From assembly GCA_900617105.1 (NCBI GenBank), contig UYFQ01000260.1, positions 186,001 through 250,000 on the forward strand: a DNA stretch of 64,000 bases, given 5' to 3'. The stretch comes from Hydrurus foetidus (taxonomy: Eukaryota). Position 1 is the stretch's first letter. Each line of letters opens with the position of its first letter. The notes below the pieces were generated by a model. That model did no database searches and had not been told where the DNA came from. It saw only the letters and a program-made list of their open reading frames with translations. Made by a program: the position numbers and the translations under genes. Shown here piece by piece: positions 44,347-54,797 of this stretch.

Positions 44347-44450
44347 AGCAAAGGTCGACATGATTGCATCATGTCGTTTGCGATAGATTCTTGTTTTGAC
44401 GCGTTATTTTGGCGGCGAACCGGTATCCACTTCGCCGAATAACGCTCTAG
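44343..44450. mobile_element. CIR-like intergenic repeat / MITE
   Basis: 108 bp, CTAGAGC...GCTCTAG termini, two internal hairpins, GANTC site at 44386. Confidence 0.7.
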
Positions 44451-44576
44451 GCTCGCCCACCGCCTGACGGGGCGGCGCACGAGAATTGCAGGCCAGGCCG
44501 GTTGTTTTGCTGCGACGCAGCGCCACATCAGGGTCTCGCGCCGCCGAGCGGCGCCTTTCCCTTGAGGACGGCCTTC

Positions 44577-45656
44577 ATGCCCACGCTTTTCGACCCGCTG
44601 CGCCTCGGCGATCTGGACCTGCCCAACCGCGTGATCATGGCGCCGCTGACGCGCCTGCGCGCCGGCCCGACCCAGATCCCCAATGCGCTGATGGCCGAGT
44701 ACTATGCCCAGCGCGCCGGCGCCGGCCTGATCATCTCGGAGGGCGTGCCGGTCTCGCCCCAGGGCGTCGGCTATGCCGGCGTGCCCGGCATCTGGTCGCA
44801 GGAACAGGTCGAGGGCTGGAAGCCGGTCACCCGCGCCGTTCATGACCGGGGCGGCCGCATCTTCATGCAGATCTGGCATGTCGGCCGGATTTCCGACCCG
44901 TCGCTGCTGAACGGCGAACTGCCTGTGGCGCCGAGCGCCGTTGCGGCCAAGGGCCATGTCAGCCTGCTGCGCCCCGAGCGGCCCTATCCCACGCCGCGCG
45001 CCCTGACGACGGACGAGGTCAAGGGCGTGGTCGAGGATTTCCGCCGCGCTGCCGCCAACGCCAAGGCCGCCGGCTTTGACGGCGTCGAACTGCACGGCGC
45101 CAATGGCTATCTGCTCGATCAGTTCCTGCAGGATGGCTCCAACCAGCGCACCGATGACTATGGCGGCCCGATCGAGAACCGCGCCCGTTTGCTGCTCGAA
45201 GCCACCGACGCCGCCGTCTCGGTGTTTGGCCCGGGCCGCGTGGGCGTCCATCTGGCCCCGCGCGCCGACGCCCACGCCATGGGCGATTCAGACCTGGCCG
45301 CGACCTTCGGCTATGTGGCCAGGCAGCTGGGCCAGCGCGGCATCGCCTTCATTTGCGCCCGCGAATATCAGGGCGATGACAGCCTGGGCGTGGCGCTGAA
45401 GGCGGCGTTCGGCGGCGTCTATATCGCCAACGAGAAGTTCACTGGCGAGACCGCCAATGCGGCGGTGGAGGCCGGCCAGTATGACGCCATCGCCTTCGGC
45501 AAGGCCTTCATCGCCAATCCCGACCTGGTCGAGCGGCTGAAGACCGGCGCGGCCCTGAACCCCTGGGACGCCTCGACCTTCTATGGTCCCGACGAGAAGG
45601 GCTACACGGACTATCCGGCCCTGGGCGCGGTCGCCGCTGAGACGGTCGCGAGCTAG
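44577..45656 (+). CDS. Old-yellow-enzyme alkene reductase (NemA/XenB-like)
   Basis: NRVIMAPLTR, QIWHVGRIS, GFDGVELHGANGYLLDQFL, NPDLV, GYTDYP. Confidence 0.93.
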   Translation: MPTLFDPLRLGDLDLPNRVIMAPLTRLRAGPTQIPNALMAEYYAQRAGAGLIISEGVPVSPQGVGYAGVPGIWSQEQVEGWKPVTRAVHDRGGRIFMQIWHVGRISDPSLLNGELPVAPSAVAAKGHVSLLRPERPYPTPRALTTDEVKGVVEDFRRAAANAKAAGFDGVELHGANGYLLDQFLQDGSNQRTDDYGGPIENRARLLLEATDAAVSVFGPGRVGVHLAPRADAHAMGDSDLAATFGYVARQLGQRGIAFICAREYQGDDSLGVALKAAFGGVYIANEKFTGETANAAVEAGQYDAIAFGKAFIANPDLVERLKTGAALNPWDASTFYGPDEKGYTDYPALGAVAAETVAS

Positions 45657-46126
45657 GTTCCCGCGCGGTCTATCCGCGCCACAAAGCAACCGTGCCCGGC
45701 ATTGTGGGCATGGACATAGGCCGCGCCGGGTGTCGCCAACTGGCGCTCGACGGCCGGTTCAAGACCCTCGCCCATGGCCACCTCGGCGCTCAGCAGCAGA
45801 CCCTCGTCGCTGAAGGCCCGCAGGGCGATGGGGCGGCCACGCATGGCCGACGGGATGGTGTCGCGGCCGCTCCAGGTCTCTGTGGCGGACTGGCTGACAT
45901 AGATGGCGTAGGACGAGCGATAGGGCGTGTCGGCCGGCTGGTGCTCATGGTTCAGCAGCAGCACGGTCTCGCCCGGCTCGGCGTCGCGCAAGCCGATGCG
46001 GCAGGGAAAGCCGGGCTTGGCGGTGGCGACGCGCCGGAGGATGCCGCGCGCGGCGAGGGCTTCGGCGTCGAGCGCGAACAGCGGGCGGAAGTCTTCGACC
46101 GGCAGGCCGGAGATCGTGAAGGACAT
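45653..46126 (-). CDS. DUF1203-family protein
   Basis: GFPCRIGLRDAEPGE..LLLNHEH...PY, LRAF, YVHAHNAGHGCF. Confidence 0.85.
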   Translation of the reverse strand: MSFTISGLPVEDFRPLFALDAEALAARGILRRVATAKPGFPCRIGLRDAEPGETVLLLNHEHQPADTPYRSSYAIYVSQSATETWSGRDTIPSAMRGRPIALRAFSDEGLLLSAEVAMGEGLEPAVERQLATPGAAYVHAHNAGHGCFVARIDRAGT

Positions 46127-46217
46127 GGGGCGTCTCCAGAGGGCTGAACCAATGGCGCCGACATGCGCCGCTGGCCGCCTTCGGCTCCACCCGATCCTTG
46201 CGATCAGATGGGTCCCG

Positions 46218-46664
46218 TCAGGCCTTCTTGTTCAGCGTGATGGCGGTGCCGCTGGACACCGGATTGTTCATCCGCGCCCCGGCGCCATAGCCCGAGGCGG
46301 GCGCGCGCTGGTTGGCGATCTCCTCGGCCACGGCTTTCACCAGGCCTTCGGTCACCGTGCGGGCGGCGTTGAGGGCGCGCGCCTGGCGGGCCAGGACAGC
46401 GTCGAAGGCCTCGGTGGCGCGGATCAGGCGCAGGCGCAGGGCGACGTCGGCGCTGGAGATCAGGGCGATATTGGCCCGCACCCGCGCCGACTCGTGCCGG
46501 TAGAGATTGGCCAGCTTGGCCGTTTCCTCGACATACTGGGCCGCGTCCTGCGGACGGCGGGCTTCGAAGGCGGTGGCCTCCTTGGCGATCAGGTCGGTCA
46601 GGCGCTCGGTCAGGATGACCAGCTGGTCGACGCGGTCGTTGGGATCGTGTGCGGCGAGGGCCAT
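46218..46664 (-). CDS. flbY: Flagellar basal-body protein FlbY (FlgN-like)
   Basis: Coiled-coil protein, third gene of the flgI operon as in Caulobacter. Confidence 0.75.
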   Translation of the reverse strand: MALAAHDPNDRVDQLVILTERLTDLIAKEATAFEARRPQDAAQYVEETAKLANLYRHESARVRANIALISSADVALRLRLIRATEAFDAVLARQARALNAARTVTEGLVKAVAEEIANQRAPASGYGAGARMNNPVSSGTAITLNKKA

Positions 46665-46666
46665 GA

Positions 46667-46986
46667 CTAGTCCTTCAACCCTTGAAGCTTGAGCATTTCA
46701 CGCTGGACGGTGCTGGCCAGGCCGACGCCGCCGGCCTTGGAGACTTCCTTGGCCATCGACTCGGTGAGCAGAGACTTGAACATGTCCTCGGCCTGACCGC
46801 CGCCGAACGGCGCGGCGGTCTTCACGCCGGCGAACATCGACTGCATCATCACCGACAGGAACGAGGCCTCGAACTTCGGAGGTTTCCTTGATCTGGCCGC
46901 GCTTGAGCAGTTCGGCCCCGAGGCGGGCGCTGTGGTCGAGGCCTGCAGGTTGGTGATCGGGGAGAGGTCAGGGTCAGGGCGCTCAT
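46667..46986 (-). CDS. cheL: Rod-binding protein CheL/FlgJ-N-like (frameshifted)
   Basis: [36 protein letters not shown]; start overlaps the flgI stop. Confidence 0.75.
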
Positions 46987-48098
46987 CACATCACCTCGAT
47001 ATCGGCTTGCAGGGCCCCGGCGGCCTTCACCGCCTGCAGGATCGAGATCATGTCGCGCGGGGTCACGCCCAGGGCGTTGAGGCCGCCGACCAGGCTCTTG
47101 AGCGAGGCGCCGCTGCTGAGCGTGATCAGCTTCTTGCCCTTTTCCTCGTCGACACTGACGGCAGATTGCGGAACCACGGCGGTCTGGCCCTGGCTGAACG
47201 GGGCGGGCTGGCTGACGGCCGGGCTCTCCTGGACCGAGATGGTCAGATTTCCCTGGGCGATGGCCACCTGGCTGATCCGGACATCGTCACCCATCACGAT
47301 CACGCCCGACACCTCGTCGATGATCACCTTGGCCGGGCCGTCGGGCTCGACCTGCAGGTTCTCGATGGCGGTGATGAAGCTGATCATGTCCATGCCGGCC
47401 GGGGGCCGCACGGCGACGATGGTCGGGTTCTGGGCCTGGGCGCTGCGGGGGAACTGGCCGTTGATGGCGTCGGCGATGCGGCGCGAGGTGGTGAAGTCGG
47501 GATTGCGCAGGGTCATGCGCAGTTCGCCCATATTGACCATCTGGAAGCCGGTTTCCCGCTCGATGATGCCGCCGGCGGCGATGCGGCCGGCCGTGGGCAC
47601 GCCCTTGGACACCGAGCTGCCCGAAGCGCCGCCGGCCGAGACCGATCCGGTCTGCACGCTGCCCTGGGCCACGGCATAGGTCTGGCCGTCCGCGCCCTGC
47701 AGGCTGGTGACCAGCAGGGTGCCGCCCAGCAGGTTCTTGGCGTCGCCCAGGGTGGAGACGCTGACATCCACCTTGGCGCCCGGCGCCGCGAAGGCCGGCA
47801 GGTTGGCGGTGACCATCACCGAGGCGACGTTCTTGGTGTTCAGATTGGCGTCGCGCACATTGACGCCCTGACGCTCCAGCATGGCCTCAAGGCTCTGCTT
47901 GGTCATCGGGGCGTTGCGCAGGCTGTCGCCCGAACCGTTCAGGCCCACGACGATGCCATAGCCGATCAGCTGGTTGTCGCGCACGCCCTCGAACGAGACG
48001 ATGTCCTTGATCCGTGACTTGGCGAACGCGGGCGCCGCCACCAGGGCGCAGGCCGTGGCGATGAGGGCGAAAGCGGTGCGCAGACGTAAACGCGACAT
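46986..48098 (-). CDS. flgI: Flagellar P-ring protein
   Basis: Signal peptide, [56 protein letters not shown]. Confidence 0.97.
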   Translation of the reverse strand: MSRLRLRTAFALIATACALVAAPAFAKSRIKDIVSFEGVRDNQLIGYGIVVGLNGSGDSLRNAPMTKQSLEAMLERQGVNVRDANLNTKNVASVMVTANLPAFAAPGAKVDVSVSTLGDAKNLLGGTLLVTSLQGADGQTYAVAQGSVQTGSVSAGGASGSSVSKGVPTAGRIAAGGIIERETGFQMVNMGELRMTLRNPDFTTSRRIADAINGQFPRSAQAQNPTIVAVRPPAGMDMISFITAIENLQVEPDGPAKVIIDEVSGVIVMGDDVRISQVAIAQGNLTISVQESPAVSQPAPFSQGQTAVVPQSAVSVDEEKGKKLITLSSGASLKSLVGGLNALGVTPRDMISILQAVKAAGALQADIEVM

Positions 48099-48137
48099 GG
48101 CTATCCTGACGTGGGGAAACGTCCCCATGCCGACCCA

Positions 48138-48247
48138 TGCCAAAAGCGGGCCAATCTCAAAGGCTTGAGTCGTAAGGCTTTGTGCGTTTTGACGCAGGCC
48201 CGACGGCGCCCTTGGGCAGAATCTGCCCGGCATTAACCATACTTCAA
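48138..48247. promoter_or_regulatory. flgI sigma54 promoter, ftr-like enhancer and CtrA-like site of fliX
   Basis: Minus-strand TGGCCCGCTTTTGGCA (GG-N10-GC) at 48138-53; palindrome GGGCAGAATCTGCCC at 48214-28; TTAA-CCATACT-TCAA at 48233-47. Confidence 0.65.
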
Positions 48248-48317
48248 GCGCCAGACTGGATTATGGGGAGGTGGCGAGAAACGTGACTCGCTTCACGGAC
48301 TATGGAGCAGCTTACCC

Positions 48318-48746
48318 ATGAAGGTTTCGAGCACGGGGAGCGTAGGCGCGAGCGGCGCATCGCGGGCCAAGGCTTCGGGAAGCGGCGCCAGCTTTTCACT
48401 GCCTTCGGTCAATGGCGCCAGCGGCGCGGCCAGCGTGGCCCAGGCGGGCGGCGTGGCCGGGATCGGCTCGCTGGATGCGCTTCTGGCCCTGCAGGCCATG
48501 GGCGATCCGCTGGAGCGTCGCAAGCGCGCGGTCAAGCGCGCCGACGGCATTCTCGACATTCTGGGTGAGGTCAAGATCGCCCTGCTCGACGGCGATGTCT
48601 CGACCGCCACCCTGGACCGGCTGACCCGCGCGATCCGCGAGCAGCGCGATTCGACGGATGACCCCCGGCTCGAGGGCGTGCTCAACGAGATCGAGACGCG
48701 CGCGGCGGTGGAAAAAGCCAAGCTCGAACAGGCGCGGGGCGGCTGA
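48318..48746 (+). CDS. fliX: Flagellar assembly regulator FliX
   Basis: LDALLALQ..DPLERRKRAVKR, LL.G, DPRLEGVLNEIETRAAVE.AK; divergent from flgI. Confidence 0.9.
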   Translation: MKVSSTGSVGASGASRAKASGSGASFSLPSVNGASGAASVAQAGGVAGIGSLDALLALQAMGDPLERRKRAVKRADGILDILGEVKIALLDGDVSTATLDRLTRAIREQRDSTDDPRLEGVLNEIETRAAVEKAKLEQARGG

Positions 48747-48980
48747 TGGTCGGGCGGCGACCACGGACGATTTCCAGGGTCGCGCCATCAGCGAATTCAA
48801 GATGTTGCGCGCCGCGGTTTGGCGCGTTTCTGGCCGTATCACAGGCCGGGTTTGAAGCCGAACGCGCGAGTGGAGCGCGGCTGAACGCACCACTCACGCG
48901 AGGTTCATTGAACGCGGCTATTCTTTTGGTATAAGCACCCGGCCTGTCCAAGGCTGAGTTCATCGGGGCGTGAGGCGTTA

Positions 48981-49409
48981 ATGCAAACGGCCACTGTTCT
49001 AGTCGATACGAAGACCTATCGCCCTTCCGAGGGCGAAGAGTTCATGAATGCGCGTCAGCTTGAGTACTTCAAGGGCAAGCTGAACGAATGGAAGGATGAG
49101 ATCCTTCGCGAATCTCGCGAAACGGTGGCTCACCTCCAGAAAGAAACCGAAAATCACGCCGATCTGGCCGATCGCGCGTCTTCGGAAACTGATCGGGCGC
49201 TTGAACTGCGCACCCGCGACCGCCAGCGCAAGCTGATCTCGAAAATCGACCAGGCCCTGCGCCGCATCGAGGACGGATCTTACGGCTATTGCGAGGAAAC
49301 GGGCGAACCGATCGGCCTGGCCCGGCTGGATGCTCGCCCCACGGCGACGCTCAGCCTGGAAGCCCAGGAACGTCACGAGCGCCGCGAACGCGTGCACCGC
49401 GACGACTGA
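48981..49409 (+). CDS. dksA: RNA polymerase-binding protein DksA
   Basis: EEFMN.RQLEYF, DLADRASSE, YGYCEETGEPIGLARLDARPTATL. Confidence 0.96.
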   Translation: MQTATVLVDTKTYRPSEGEEFMNARQLEYFKGKLNEWKDEILRESRETVAHLQKETENHADLADRASSETDRALELRTRDRQRKLISKIDQALRRIEDGSYGYCEETGEPIGLARLDARPTATLSLEAQERHERRERVHRDD

Positions 49410-49435
49410 CGGCCTTCACCGGCCTATCTGTTTTG

Positions 49436-49469
49436 AAGCGGCCTCGGGCGAAAGCCCGGGGCCGTTTTT
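49436..49469 (+). terminator. Rho-independent terminator of dksA
   Basis: AAGCGGCCTCGGGC-GAAA-GCCCGGGGCCGTTTTT. Confidence 0.8.
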
Positions 49470-49508
49470 CGTTTTCGGGAGCAGGTCACGCCCCAAGCCG
49501 AAGTATCC

Positions 49509-50353
49509 CTAATGCGAGAGCAGCATGGGTACCGGAACATGGTGAAGCATGTGTTCGGTCGCTCCGCCCAAGAAAAACTCCCTTGCCCGCGAATGGCCAT
49601 ACGCTCCCATGACGAAAAGCCCGGGACGGTTCGCTGCGACATAGTCCGAAAACACGACCCCTATTCGACGTCCATCCCCGTCTATCTCTTCGGCGACGGC
49701 GTTTATGCCGTGGGCTCCGAGATGCCGCACGACGTCCCGGCCCGAGCCCGAGCCGGTGGACGCTTTGTCATTTGTCACGGTGAGAACCGTGATCTCACGC
49801 GCTTTCCGAAGGATCGGCATGGCGTCGGCCATGGCGCGCGCCGCCGTGCGGCTCCCATCCCAGGCAAGCGCAACGGTATCCGGACTGCTGGGCGGCAGAT
49901 CCGCGCCTCCCGGCAGAAGGTTAGAACAGGGCGGCCCGACCCGAAGGCGACGGCCTCAACGACAGCGCGCTGACCGTCCGACTGGGAAGCAATGGGTACG
50001 ATACACAGGTCGCGCGTCCTGGACCGCTCAGCAACATAGGCCGCGACAGCGTAGAGGTCAGCTTTGCGTGGATAGCCTCGCCCAAAACGCCCACCCGCGA
50101 GCCTTTGATGAACGAACCCAAGCGCCGCAGCGCAGAACTCGCGGCTCTTTCGCTCCTCTTCCGCCGCCATGTCGCTGAGGCCGATCACATAGTTGGCCAG
50201 ACGGTTCTTTGGAGGTTGGATGTCCACCTCAACCGCGATAGCTGACAAAACCCCGCCGACCGAGGCAGCAAATCGTACGGCTTGATCAATCGCCTCAGTC
50301 GAAGTCACTTCGGGGTAAGCGTCAAGATGAAGTAAAATGTCCAGCGGCGGCAT
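49509..50353 (-). CDS. Universal stress protein, tandem UspA (frameshifted)
   Basis: FGSGRPVL, A(WDGS)..AARA, LFVMGAYGHSRAREFFLGGAT, VPMLLSH. Confidence 0.85.
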
Positions 50354-50406
50354 GATTTGTCTCCACGAAGCGTGGATAGACTGTGAGCGCTTGTGGTTTT
50401 CGGACT

Positions 50407-50420
50407 TTGATCCAAGTCAA
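50407..50420. promoter_or_regulatory. FixK/Fnr-type box upstream of usp
   Basis: TTGAT-CCAA-GTCAA, one mismatch to TTGAT-N4-ATCAA. Confidence 0.65.
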
Positions 50421-50490
50421 CGCTGCCAGCTGCATACGAACGGCGGACCACCACTTAGAGGGGCTCTGGCCAGGGTCCGCTTCCAGCCCC

Positions 50491-51089
50491 TCACCACATC
50501 GTCCTGGCCGCCCGCTCGGGCCATTCGCGGTCATAGGCCTCGCCGCCGACCTCGCCGGCCGTGACCGCAGCCAGCATGGCTGGGGAGGGTAGGTCCGGGG
50601 TCGACCTGGCTCTCGGCCTTCCACAGCCCGGACCGCACGATGGCGCGGGCGCACTGGAAATAGCCTCCTCGACGGTGATCACCATGGCGCGCTTGCCGTC
50701 GATGGCGAAGCTGTCGAGCAGGTCGGGATCGGCGCTGATCACCGCCGGCCATTGACCCGGAAGGTGGTGCCCGAGCCGGGGATCAGGAACAGCAGCGCGA
50801 CCCTCGGGTCACGGACCACATTGCGCAGGCTGTCGATGCGGTTGTTGCCGCGCCGGTCGGGCAGGATCAGGGTCCGGGGATCAGCCACGCGCACAAAGCC
50901 AGGCCTGTCGCCGCGCGGGCTGCAGTCCAGACCCTCGGGGCCGATCGTCGCCAGGGCGACGAACGGTGAGGCCTCGATCAGCGCCTGATAGTGAGGCGTG
51001 ATCTGGGTCGCCACCTTGACCAGAGACGCCGCAACGGGCGCGGTGTCATAGAGGGCTTCCAGCGCCTCCAGGCTGTCGATCACGCTCAT
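50491..51089 (-). CDS. Pyridoxamine-5'-phosphate-oxidase-like FMN-binding protein (frameshifted)
   Basis: DCSPRGDRPGFV, PDRRGNNRIDSLRN, LLFLIPG, YFQCARAIVRS.LW. Confidence 0.88.
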
Positions 51090-51146
51090 CTGGCCCTCCC
51101 GCACGGTGGGCCGAGCCTAGTCACACAAGGGGAGGCGCGGAAGGTG

Positions 51147-51509
51147 TCAGGATGAAAAGGCCCGGGCGCAGGCCTCGGCCAGGCGACGGGGCGATATCGG
51201 CTTGCCGACCACCGGCGGCTCGCGTCCCAGCAGCAGATCCGAATTGCCGGTGACATAGACCACGGGGATCGCGCCCAACTGCCGGTGAATGGCCTCCACC
51301 GCCTCAACGCCCGTGCCGCCGATGATGCGGTAGTCGGCGGTGATCAGGTCGGGGGTGCGGGCCATGGCCATCGCCAGGGCGTCTTGCGGGCTTTCGGCGA
51401 TGTCGAAGCTGGTGAAGCCCTGTTCGGCCAGCAAGGCCTCCACCTCGAAGGCGATCAAAATCTCGTCCTCGATGATCAGGGCATGTCGGGCTTTGATATG
51501 CACGGTCAT
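51147..51509 (-). CDS. Single-domain response regulator
   Basis: LIIEDE, PDLITAD, YVTG, KP receiver motifs. Confidence 0.9.
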   Translation of the reverse strand: MTVHIKARHALIIEDEILIAFEVEALLAEQGFTSFDIAESPQDALAMAMARTPDLITADYRIIGGTGVEAVEAIHRQLGAIPVVYVTGNSDLLLGREPPVVGKPISPRRLAEACARAFSS

Positions 51510-51902
51510 TCGCCGTTGCCTTATATTTCGTCCCTTGATGATTTCAGCGCTGACATAGAGGCTCGCGCTAGTCTCGTTTTCGTGATGCTGCAGGTGCTCA
51601 CATACTCAAATCGCCCAGGATTCGCAGAGAAACCAGAGTGCGATCGATGGTTCAAATGTAAACAATCTGCATTTTTGGGTTTTGGACGCGATTTGCGCAA
51701 GGTCTTGGCCTCGCGACCATTGCGTGTGCTCCTGATTTGGTAGAGCCTGCGCGCGGCCTGAGATCGGCAAATCTGGGTCCCCCAAATCGGGGTTTGCCAG
51801 CGCCTCTTTTGTGATTTTGGCGAGCCTTGAACAACCTCTGGAGGCGACGCGGCGGGCCAATCCGCGCTATGCAGGCAAAAAAGCCCGCAGGAGCGCCCGC
51901 CC

Positions 51903-52727
51903 ATGTCGCAAGACACCCCCCTGATTCCCTCTCCGCTCATTCTGACCGAGAAGCGGGGTCACATCGCCATCCTTACCCTCAACCGTCCCGAGGCCATGAA
52001 CGCCCTGGGCGCGCCCGGCGACGGCGATCAGGTGGCGGCCGCCTGCGAGGCGATCAATGACGATCAGGACATCCGCTGCGTGATCCTGACGGGCGCGGGC
52101 CGGGCCTTCTCGGCCGGCGGTGACGTCAAGGCGATGAAGGCCCGCGAGGGCGCGTTCGGCGGCAATGGGGTCAAGGTCCGCGACGGCTATCGCAAGAACA
52201 TCCACCGCATCGTCCGCGCCATTTATGGCCTGGAAGTTCCCTCGATCGCCGCCGTCAACGGCGCCGCCATCGGCCTGGGCTGCGACGTGGCCTGCATGAC
52301 CGACATCCGCATCGGGGCCGACACCGCCAAGTTCGGCGTCACCTTCCTGAAGCTGGGCCTGATCCCCGGCGACGGCGGCGCCTGGCTGATGCCGCGCACC
52401 ATCGGCATGAGCCGCGCCGCTGAACTGCTGTTCACCGGCGATGTCATCGACGCCGCCAAGGCCGCCGAATGGGGCCTGATCAGCAAGGCGGTTCCCGCCG
52501 ACACCCTGATGGACGAGGCCATGGCCCTGGCCACCCGCATCGCTCAGCAGCCGCCGCACGCCCTGCGCATGGCCAAGAGCCTGCTCAAGCACGGCACGAC
52601 CGCCAGCTATGACACCCTGATGGAGATGAGCGCGGCCGCCCAGGCCATCGCCCACCACACCGAGGACCACATGGAAGGCGTCGACGCGATCCTCGAAAAG
52701 CGCGCTCCGGTCTTCAAGGGCGCCTGA
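51903..52727 (+). CDS. Enoyl-CoA hydratase/isomerase
   Basis: LTLNRPEAMNAL, AFSAGGD, AAVNGAAIGLG, GLIPGDGG. Confidence 0.93.
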   Translation: MSQDTPLIPSPLILTEKRGHIAILTLNRPEAMNALGAPGDGDQVAAACEAINDDQDIRCVILTGAGRAFSAGGDVKAMKAREGAFGGNGVKVRDGYRKNIHRIVRAIYGLEVPSIAAVNGAAIGLGCDVACMTDIRIGADTAKFGVTFLKLGLIPGDGGAWLMPRTIGMSRAAELLFTGDVIDAAKAAEWGLISKAVPADTLMDEAMALATRIAQQPPHALRMAKSLLKHGTTASYDTLMEMSAAAQAIAHHTEDHMEGVDAILEKRAPVFKGA

Positions 52728-52731
52728 GGTC

Positions 52732-53382
52732 ATGGGCAAGGAAGCGCGGGGCGTCTGGGGCCACCTGTCGGACGGCGACTGCGAGGGCAAGCTCCTGTGG
52801 GAGTTTCCCAAGCTGATCTTCCGCGGGGCCCATCGCGGCATCTTTCAGGGCCACGCCCTGCGCTACATCAAGGTCGAGGGCAATGACCTCGTCCTGAACG
52901 ACGGCACCCGGTTCGAGCTGGAACCGGGCGAGGCCGACAAGTGGCTGCACGCCATCCTCAATCCGCCCGGCCGGCTGGACAAGCTGGGCGTCAAGCCCGG
53001 CCAGACGGTCGTGGTGCTGGCTGTGGAGGACGAGGAGTTCCTGGACGAGCTGGCGACCCGCGTCGAGCCGGTCGAGGCCGAGGAGGACATCGACCTGCTG
53101 TTCCTGGGCGTCGAGGACCTGGCCGATTTCGATCAGCTGGAAGACCTGATCGGCGGGCTGGGTCCCAAGGGCGCGATCTGGATCGTGGCCCAGAAGGGCA
53201 AGGGCGCGCCGCTGAAGGACACCGAGATCCTGGCCGCCGCGCGTGGCCAGGGCCTGGTCGATACCAAGGTCTGCAGCTTCTCCAAGACCCACAGCGCCCT
53301 GCGGTTCGTGAAGCGCAAGGCGGGGCCGCCGGCGGCGTCCAAACCGGTCGAGGATGACGTCGCCTTCGACGACGAGATCTGA
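52732..53382 (+). CDS. Hypothetical protein with a DUF3052-like C-terminal domain
   Basis: LDKLGVKPG, GAIWIV..KG, GLVDTKVCSFS.THSALRFV. Confidence 0.7.
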   Translation: MGKEARGVWGHLSDGDCEGKLLWEFPKLIFRGAHRGIFQGHALRYIKVEGNDLVLNDGTRFELEPGEADKWLHAILNPPGRLDKLGVKPGQTVVVLAVEDEEFLDELATRVEPVEAEEDIDLLFLGVEDLADFDQLEDLIGGLGPKGAIWIVAQKGKGAPLKDTEILAAARGQGLVDTKVCSFSKTHSALRFVKRKAGPPAASKPVEDDVAFDDEI

Positions 53383-53397
53383 GGGCGGGGAAGGGCG

Positions 53398-54251
53398 ATG
53401 TTTCCAGTTCGGCGCATTCGTCCTTCCCGCCGCCTTTCCCCCTATGTGAAGGCGTTCGAAGAGCGGGTTCAGCGGCTGGACGCCACCGTCGTCCTGCGGC
53501 CCCTGCCGGCGCGGACGGAGCAGTTTCTCGAGTTCTACCTGGCTGACCGGTACCGCGTGCGCGAGATCGCCACCGGCGCCGTCGAGATGGCCCCCGACAC
53601 TGTTCTGGTCGGGCTGCAGACCTATCGCAGGGTGGATGTGATGCTGGCGGGCGCGCTTCGCCTGTTCACGATCCAGTTCACGCCGACCGGGTTCTCGACC
53701 CTGTTTGGCCCGTCGACGGCGCAGCTCACGGACCAGGCTTTCGCCGGCAGCGATGTGCTGGGACCCGAGGTCTCGTTGATCGCCGAACGTCTCGAGGCCG
53801 CGCCCGATCTCGCGGCTCGGGTCGCCATCGCCGAGGCGTGGCTGGCGCCGAGGGCCCAGGGCCATGCGCCGGACCCTGTCGCCTGGGCCGCACGGCGAAT
53901 GACGGCCCTGCATGGCGGCGTCCGGGTGGCGGATCTGGCGCGCGCGCCGCAGACCTGGGGGAGCGCCAGTTCGAGCGCCGGTTCACGCGCGCGGTCGGCG
54001 TGTCGCCCAAGCGCTACGCCCGCGTGCTGCGGTTTCGCGAGGCCCTGCGGCTGAAGGCCGAGGGCGTCGAAAGCGGCTGGGCCTCGGTGGCTCAGGCCGC
54101 CGGCTATGTCGATCAGGCGCATATGATCCACGAGTTCCAGGCGCTGGCCGGCGACAGCCCCGAACGGCTGGTGGCGGCGATGGCGCCGGCGCGGGAAATC
54201 GTCGTGCCCGGTGTCGGAAATCTACAATCGAGGCCGCTCAAGACCCCCTAG
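53398..54251 (+). CDS. AraC-family transcriptional regulator (frameshift ~53945)
   Basis: ERQFERRF..AVGVSPKRYARVLRF, AGYVDQAHMIHEFQALAG.SP. Confidence 0.88.
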
Positions 54252-54284
54252 CTTGCGTCCGCGAGGATGGGTGGAGCAGGACGG

Positions 54285-54794
54285 ATGATCGGACGACGAA
54301 GCTTGTTGGCAGTGGGAGGACTGGTGGTGTCAGGATTGGCGGGCGAAGCACGGGCGGCCGAAGACGGCGTCGCGGCGATCGAGGGGCTGGTGAAGGCCCT
54401 GCTGGCGGCCTGGAACGCCACCGACGCGGAGGCCTATGCCGATCAGTTCTGGCCTGACGCCAGCTGGATCAATGTGGTGGGCATGCACTGGCGCGGCCGC
54501 GACCAGGTGGCGTTCGCCCACAAGGCCTTCCTGTCGACCATCTTCAAGGACTGCAAGCAGACCCTGGTCTCGATCGACGCGCGCATGGTGGCGCCGGGCG
54601 TCGCCCTGGCGGTGGTGACCATGATCCAGGACGCCTACACCACGCCGGACGGCAATCGCATGCCGCAGGCTCACGACCGTCTTAGCCTGACAGCGGTTCA
54701 GAGAGACGGCCGCTGGCTGCTGATCCATGGCCACAACACCATCATCAACCCGCAGGCGGCCAACAACGACCCTGTGCTGAGGATGAAGGTCTGA
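54285..54794 (+). CDS. SgcJ/EcaC (SnoaL/NTF2-like) protein with a twin-arginine-like leader
   Basis: MIGRRSLL; AWNATDAEAYA..F..DA, G...RGRD, W..IHGHNT. Confidence 0.8.
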   Translation: MIGRRSLLAVGGLVVSGLAGEARAAEDGVAAIEGLVKALLAAWNATDAEAYADQFWPDASWINVVGMHWRGRDQVAFAHKAFLSTIFKDCKQTLVSIDARMVAPGVALAVVTMIQDAYTTPDGNRMPQAHDRLSLTAVQRDGRWLLIHGHNTIINPQAANNDPVLRMKV

Positions 54795-54797
54795 GCC

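Noticed and set aside
51510..51900. 390-bp AT-richer intergenic region as an sRNA or small ORF
   Set aside because: No convincing structure, terminator or RBS-led ORF; likely divergent promoters
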